A stretch of 64,000 nucleotides of DNA, taken from the sequence record OP870145.1; one strand, given 5' to 3'. The DNA is from Escherichia phage vB_Eco_F26. The notes below the pieces were generated by a model. The model saw only the letters and a list, made by a program, of their open reading frames with translations, was not told where the DNA came from and did not search any database. Shown piece after piece: positions 57,909-64,000 of this stretch; positions within the stretch are counted from its first letter, which is position 1; each line of letters opens with the position of its first letter. Position numbers and translations under genes: made by a program.

Positions 57909-59716
57909 TGAAACAAAATATTAATATCGGTAATGTTGTAGATGATGGTACCGGTGACTACCTGCGTAAAGGTGGTATAAAAATAAATGAAAACTTTGAT
58001 GAGCTTTATTATGAACTTGGTGATGGTGATGTTCCATATTCAGCCGGTGCCTGGAAAACTTATAATGCTTCATCAGGACAAACATTAACAGCAGAATGGG
58101 GAAAATCATACGCTATTAATACATCTTCTGGAAGAGTGACTATAAATCTTCCAAAGGGCACAGTTAATGATTACAACAAGGTAATTAGAGCTAGAGACGT
58201 ATTTGCTACATGGAACGTCAACCCAGTTACACTAGTAGCTGCTTCCGGCGATACGATTAAAGGGTCTGCAGTACCAGTTGAAATTAATGTTCAATTCAGC
58301 GATTTAGAACTAGTGTATTGTGCCCCAGGACGTTGGGAATATGTCAAAAATAAACAAATTGACAAAATTACCAGTTCAGACATTAGTAATGTAGCTCGTA
58401 AAGAATTTTTAGTTGAAGTTCAAGGACAAACAGACTTTTTAGATGTTTTCCGTGGAACTAGTTATAATGTAAATAACATCAGAGTAAAACATCGTGGTAA
58501 CGAATTGTATTACGGTGATGTATTTAGCGAAAACAGCGATTTTGGCTCTCCGGGCGAAAATGAAGGAGAACTAGTTCCTCTTGATGGATTTAATATTCGA
58601 TTAAGACAGCCTTGTAATATTGGTGACACTGTTCAAATTGAAACATTTATGGATGGTGTATCGCAGTGGAGAAGTTCATATACAAGACGTCAAATTAGAT
58701 TGTTAGATTCAAAATTAACGTCAAAAACTTCTTTAGAAGGAAGCATTTACGTTACTGATTTATCAACAATGAAATCAATTCCATTTTCTGCTTTTGGATT
58801 AATTCCAGGAGAACCTATTAATCCTAACTCTCTTGAGGTTCGTTTTAACGGGATTTTGCAGGAATTGGCTGGCACAGTTGGAATGCCATTATTTCATTGT
58901 GTTGGTGCCGATTCAGACGATGAAGTAGAATGCTCTGTTTTAGGTGGAACTTGGGAACAATCTCATACCGATTATTCAATTGAAACTGATGAAAACGGCA
59001 TACCGGAAATTTTACATTTCGATAGAGTATTTGAGCATGGTGACATTATCAATATCACCTGGTTTAATAATGATTTGGGTACATTATTAACAAAAGACGA
59101 GATTATTGATGAAACTGATAATCTCTATGTATCGCAAGGGCCGGGAGTAGATATTTCTGGCGATGTAAATTTAACAGACTTCGATAAAATTGGTTGGCCA
59201 AATGTAGAAGCAGTTCAATCTTATCAACGCGAATTTAATGCTGTTTCAAATATCTTTGATACGATTTATCCTATTGGAACTATATATGAAAACGCTGTTA
59301 ATCCAAACAACCCTGTTACATATATGGGATTCGGCTCATGGAAATTATTTGGGCAAGGAAAAGTTTTAGTTGGATGGAATGAAGATATTTCGGATCCGAA
59401 TTTCGCTCTAAATAACAACGATTTAGATTCTGGTGGAAGTCCTTCGCATACTGCAGGTGGAACAGGTGGTTCTACTTCGGTTACATTGGAAAATGCTAAT
59501 CTTCCTGCAACTGAAACAGATGAAGAAGTTCTAATAGTTGATGAAAATGGATCAGTCATTGTTGGTGGGTGTCAATACGATCCAGATGAATCCGGTCCAA
59601 TTTACACTAAATACCGTGAAGCTAAAGCATCTACTAACTCTACTCACACTCCGCCAACATCAATAACTAACATTCAACCATATATTACAGTTTATCGTTG
59701 GATAAGGATTGCATAA
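57908..59716 (+). CDS. 10: Baseplate wedge protein gp10 (short-tail-fibre attachment)
   Basis: 602 aa, same length as T4 gp10. Confidence 0.9.
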   Translation: MKQNINIGNVVDDGTGDYLRKGGIKINENFDELYYELGDGDVPYSAGAWKTYNASSGQTLTAEWGKSYAINTSSGRVTINLPKGTVNDYNKVIRARDVFATWNVNPVTLVAASGDTIKGSAVPVEINVQFSDLELVYCAPGRWEYVKNKQIDKITSSDISNVARKEFLVEVQGQTDFLDVFRGTSYNVNNIRVKHRGNELYYGDVFSENSDFGSPGENEGELVPLDGFNIRLRQPCNIGDTVQIETFMDGVSQWRSSYTRRQIRLLDSKLTSKTSLEGSIYVTDLSTMKSIPFSAFGLIPGEPINPNSLEVRFNGILQELAGTVGMPLFHCVGADSDDEVECSVLGGTWEQSHTDYSIETDENGIPEILHFDRVFEHGDIINITWFNNDLGTLLTKDEIIDETDNLYVSQGPGVDISGDVNLTDFDKIGWPNVEAVQSYQREFNAVSNIFDTIYPIGTIYENAVNPNNPVTYMGFGSWKLFGQGKVLVGWNEDISDPNFALNNNDLDSGGSPSHTAGGTGGSTSVTLENANLPATETDEEVLIVDENGSVIVGGCQYDPDESGPIYTKYREAKASTNSTHTPPTSITNIQPYITVYRWIRIA

Positions 59717-60375
59717 TGAGTTTACTTAATAATAAAGCGGGAGTTATTTCCCGCTTAGCCGATTTTCTTGGTTTTAGACCTAAAGCTGGTAATATAGATG
59801 TAATGAATCGTCAATCAGTTGGGTCAGTGACAATTTCTCAATTAGCGAAAGGATTTTATGAACCAAACGTAGAATCAGCTATTAATGACGTTCATAATTT
59901 TTCTATAAAAGACGTTGGTACAATTATTACTAATAAAACTGGTGTTTCTCCTGAGGGTGTTTCTCAAACCGATTATTGGGCATTTTCTGGAACTGTAACA
60001 GACGATTCTCTTCCTCCGGGTTCTCCTGTTACGGTATTAGTATTTGGTCTTCCAGTTTCAGCAACAACCGGAATGACGGCAATTGAGTTTGTTGCAAAAG
60101 TTCGTGTTGCCCTTCAAGAAGCTATTGCGTCATTTACTGCTATCAACTCATATAAAGACCATCCAACAGATGGTAGTAAATTAGAAGTTACTTATTTAGA
60201 TAATCAAAAACATGTATTAAGCACATATTCTACATATGGAATAACTATTTCGCAGGAAATTATTTCTGAGTCTAAACCTGGCTACGGTACATGGAATTTA
60301 TTAGGCGCACAAACGGTAACTTTAGATAATCAGCAGACTCCTACAGTATTTTATCATTTTGAGAGAACAGCATGA
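59716..60375 (+). CDS. 11: Baseplate wedge protein gp11
   Basis: 219 aa from [10 protein letters not shown]... (TAATG overlap with the gp10 stop), the length recalled for T4 gp11. Confidence 0.88.
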   Translation: MSLLNNKAGVISRLADFLGFRPKAGNIDVMNRQSVGSVTISQLAKGFYEPNVESAINDVHNFSIKDVGTIITNKTGVSPEGVSQTDYWAFSGTVTDDSLPPGSPVTVLVFGLPVSATTGMTAIEFVAKVRVALQEAIASFTAINSYKDHPTDGSKLEVTYLDNQKHVLSTYSTYGITISQEIISESKPGYGTWNLLGAQTVTLDNQQTPTVFYHFERTA

Positions 60376-61955
60376 GTAATAATACATATCAACACGTTTC
60401 TAATGAATCTCGTTATGTAAAATTTGATCCTACCGATACGAATTTTCCACCAGAGATTACTGATGTTCAGGCTGCTATAGCAGCCATTTCTCCTGCTGGC
60501 GTAAATGGAGTTCCTGATGCATCGTCAACAACAAAGGGAATTTTATTTCTTGCCACTGAACAGGAAGTTATAGATGGAACTAATAATACCAAAGCAGTTA
60601 CACCAGCAACGTTGGCAACAAGATTATCTTATCCAAATGCGACTGAAACTGTTTACGGATTAACAAGATATTCAACCAATGATGAAGCCATTGCCGGAGT
60701 TAATAACGAATCTTCTATAACTCCAGCTAAATTTACTGTTGCTCTTAATAATGCGTTTGAAACTCGTGTTTCAACTGAATCCTCGAATGGTGTTATTAAA
60801 ATTTCATCTCTACCGCAAGCATTAGCTGGTGCAGATGATACTACTGCAATGACTCCGTTAAAAACTCAACAGTTAGCTATTAAACTAATTGCGCAAATTG
60901 CTCCTTCTGAAACTGCAGCTACCGAATCGGCCCAAGGCGTTGTTCAATTAGCAACAGTAGCACAGGTTCGTCAAGGAACTTTAAGAGAAGGTTATGCAAT
61001 TTCTCCTTATACGTTTATGAATTCTACTGCTACTGAAGAGTATAAAGGTGTAATTAAATTAGGAACACAGTCAGAAGTTAACTCAAATAATGCTTCTGTT
61101 GCTGTTACTGGTGCAACTCTTAATGGTCGTGGTTCTACAACGTCAATGAGAGGCGTAGTTAAATTAACTACAACCGCCGGCTCACAGAGTGGAGGTGATG
61201 CTTCATCAGCATTAGCTTGGAATGCTGATGTTATCCACCAAAGAGGTGGTCAAACTATTAATGGAACACTCCGCATTAATAACACGCTTACAATAGCTTC
61301 AGGTGGAGCAAATATTACCGGAACAGTTAACATGACCGGTGGTTATATTCAAGGTAAGCGTGTCGTAACACAAAATGAAATTGATAGAACTATTCCTGTC
61401 GGAGCTATTATGATGTGGGCCGCTGATAGTCTTCCTAGTGATGCTTGGCGTTTTTGTCACGGTGGAACTGTTTCAGCGTCAGATTGTCCATTATATGCTT
61501 CTAGAATTGGAACAAGATACGGCGGAAGCTCATCAAATCCTGGATTGCCTGACATGCGTGGTCTTTTTGTTCGTGGCTCTGGTCGTGGCTCTCACTTAAC
61601 AAATCCAAATGTTAATGGTAATGACCAATTCGGCAAGCCTAGATTAGGCGTAGGTTGTACTGGTGGGTATGTTGGCGAAGTACAAAAACAGCAGATGTCT
61701 TATCATAAACACGCTGGCGGATTTGGTGAGCATGATGATTCTGGAGCATTCGGTAATACCCGTAGATCAAATTTTGTTGGTACACGTAAAGGACTTGACT
61801 GGGATAACCGTTCATACTTCACCAATGATGGATATGAAATTGACCCAGCATCACAGCGAAATTCCAAATATACATTAAATCGTCCCGAATTAATTGGAAA
61901 TGAAACACGTCCATGGAACATTTCTTTAAACTACATAATTAAGGTAAAAGAATGA
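60372..61955 (+). CDS. 12: Short tail fibre protein gp12
   Basis: 527 aa, same length as T4 gp12; repeat-rich fibrous N-terminal region. Confidence 0.9.
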   Translation: MSNNTYQHVSNESRYVKFDPTDTNFPPEITDVQAAIAAISPAGVNGVPDASSTTKGILFLATEQEVIDGTNNTKAVTPATLATRLSYPNATETVYGLTRYSTNDEAIAGVNNESSITPAKFTVALNNAFETRVSTESSNGVIKISSLPQALAGADDTTAMTPLKTQQLAIKLIAQIAPSETAATESAQGVVQLATVAQVRQGTLREGYAISPYTFMNSTATEEYKGVIKLGTQSEVNSNNASVAVTGATLNGRGSTTSMRGVVKLTTTAGSQSGGDASSALAWNADVIHQRGGQTINGTLRINNTLTIASGGANITGTVNMTGGYIQGKRVVTQNEIDRTIPVGAIMMWAADSLPSDAWRFCHGGTVSASDCPLYASRIGTRYGGSSSNPGLPDMRGLFVRGSGRGSHLTNPNVNGNDQFGKPRLGVGCTGGYVGEVQKQQMSYHKHAGGFGEHDDSGAFGNTRRSNFVGTRKGLDWDNRSYFTNDGYEIDPASQRNSKYTLNRPELIGNETRPWNISLNYIIKVKE

Positions 61956-63415
61956 CAGATATTGTACTGAATGACTTACCATTCGTTGACGGCCCTCCTG
62001 CAAAGGGCCAGAGCCGCATTTCCTGGATTAAAAACGGCGAAGAAATATTAGGAGCTGACACACAGTATGGAAGTGAAGGCTCAATGAATAGACCTACGGT
62101 TTCTGTACTAAGAAATGTTGAAGTTCTTGATAAAAACATTGGAATACTTAAAACATCTTTAGAAACCGCAAATAGTGATATTAAAACCATCCAGGGCATC
62201 TTAGATGTATCTGGTGATATAGAAGCTTTAGCACAAATAAGTATCAATAAAAAGGATATTTCTGATCTCAAAACGCTAACCAGTGAACATACAGAAATAT
62301 TAAATGGAACTAATAGTACTGTTGACAGCATTCTTGCTGATATTGGTCCATTTAACTCCGAGGCCAACTCTGTATACAGAACGATCAGAAATGATTTACT
62401 GTGGATAAAGCGTGAACTTGGACAATACACTGGTCAAGATATTAATGGTCTTCCTGTTGTAGGAAATCCTAGTAGTGGAATGAAGCATCGCATTATTAAT
62501 AATACTGATGTCATTACTTCACAGGGAATACGTTTAAGTGAATTAGAAACAAAATTTATTGAATCTGATGTAGGTTCTTTGACCATTGAAGTTGGTAATC
62601 TTCGCGAAGAGCTTGGACCGAAACCACCGTCTTTTTCACAAAACATTTACAGCCGCTTAAATGAAATTGACACTAAACAGACAACAGTTGAGTCTGACAT
62701 TAGTGCTATTAAGACCTCAATAGGATATCCAGGAAATAATTCGATTATTACGAGTGTTAATACAAACACTGATAATATTGCATCTATTAATTTAGAGCTA
62801 AATCAAAGTGGAGGTATTAAACAGCGTTTAACAGTTATTGAAACTTCCATTGGTTCAGATGATATTCCTTCGAGTATTAAAGGTCAAATCAAAGATAATA
62901 CAACTTCAATCGAATCTCTAAATGGAATCGTCGGTGAAAACACTTCATCTGGTTTAAGAGCGAATGTTTCATGGTTAAACCAAATTGTTGGAACTGATTC
63001 TAGCGGTGGACAACCTTCTCCTCCTGGGTCTCTTTTAAACCGAGTTTCTACAATTGAAACTTCTGTTTCAGGCTTGAATAATGATGTTCAAAACCTACAA
63101 GTAGAGATTGGTAATAACAGCACAGGAATTAAAGGGCAAGTTGTAGCGTTAAATACTTTAGTAAATGGAACTAATCCAAACGGTTCAACTGTCGAAGAGC
63201 GCGGATTAACCAATTCAATAAAAGCTAACGAAACCAACATTGCATCAGTTACACAAGAAGTGAATACAGCTAAAGGCAATATATCTTCTTTACAAGGCGA
63301 TGTTCAAGCTCTCCAAGAAGCTGGTTATATTCCTGAAGCGCCAAGAGATGGGCAAGCTTACGTTCGTAAAGACGGCGAATGGGTATTGCTTTCTACCTTT
63401 TTATCACCAGCATAA
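61952..63415 (+). CDS. wac: Fibritin (whisker antigen control, wac)
   Basis: 487 aa, same length as T4 fibritin; long segmented coiled coil; C-terminal foldon-like [27 protein letters not shown]. Confidence 0.95.
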   Translation: MTDIVLNDLPFVDGPPAKGQSRISWIKNGEEILGADTQYGSEGSMNRPTVSVLRNVEVLDKNIGILKTSLETANSDIKTIQGILDVSGDIEALAQISINKKDISDLKTLTSEHTEILNGTNSTVDSILADIGPFNSEANSVYRTIRNDLLWIKRELGQYTGQDINGLPVVGNPSSGMKHRIINNTDVITSQGIRLSELETKFIESDVGSLTIEVGNLREELGPKPPSFSQNIYSRLNEIDTKQTTVESDISAIKTSIGYPGNNSIITSVNTNTDNIASINLELNQSGGIKQRLTVIETSIGSDDIPSSIKGQIKDNTTSIESLNGIVGENTSSGLRANVSWLNQIVGTDSSGGQPSPPGSLLNRVSTIETSVSGLNNDVQNLQVEIGNNSTGIKGQVVALNTLVNGTNPNGSTVEERGLTNSIKANETNIASVTQEVNTAKGNISSLQGDVQALQEAGYIPEAPRDGQAYVRKDGEWVLLSTFLSPA

Positions 63416-63418
63416 CAT

Positions 63419-63432
63419 GGGCCGCAAGGCCC
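63419..63432 (+). terminator. Stem-loop GGGCCGCAAGGCCC downstream of wac
   Basis: Perfect hairpin 4 nt after the wac stop; weak T-run. Confidence 0.4.
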
Positions 63433-63444
63433 AAAGGATTTTAA

Positions 63445-64000
<556 letters not shown>

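Overview
This window is a T4-like (Tevenvirinae) myovirus segment with T4 gene order. Positions 1-46473 are a minus-strand early/middle block: gene 46 (truncated at the window edge), 47, a-gt, 55, nrdH, nrdG, intron-split nrdD, 49, pin, nrdC, a long run of small nrdC-region ORFs, rI, tk, regB, e, nudE, internal-protein (IP) genes, a 10-tRNA cluster, 57B (Acb1), 57A, 1, 3, 2 and 4. Positions 46521-64000 are the plus-strand late baseplate/tail-fibre operon: 53, 5, a large unassigned ORF, 6, 7, 8, 9, 10, 11, 12, wac and the start of 13. Protein identities were recognised from recalled T4 sequences and motifs; no search was run. The accessory content differs from what I recall of T4: at least five free-standing GIY-YIG and two HNH homing-endonuclease-like genes plus an nrdD group I intron, a tRNA set that includes Tyr, Asn and His, four divergent IP-like genes, and no denV where T4 has it. 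The most unusual structures are a perfect 350-bp tandem duplication (38114-38813) that creates an in-frame chimeric mini-ORF, repeated early-promoter modules flanking IP cassettes, an IP-like gene frameshifted at a homopolymer, and several uncharacterised candidates (AAA+ ATPase with nucleotidyltransferase pair, macro-domain protein, four tandem coiled-coil paralogs, GrcA-like glycyl-radical protein, 678-aa ORF between genes 5 and 6). Feature coordinates follow the ORF track (stop codon included) unless a start was adjusted and explained.
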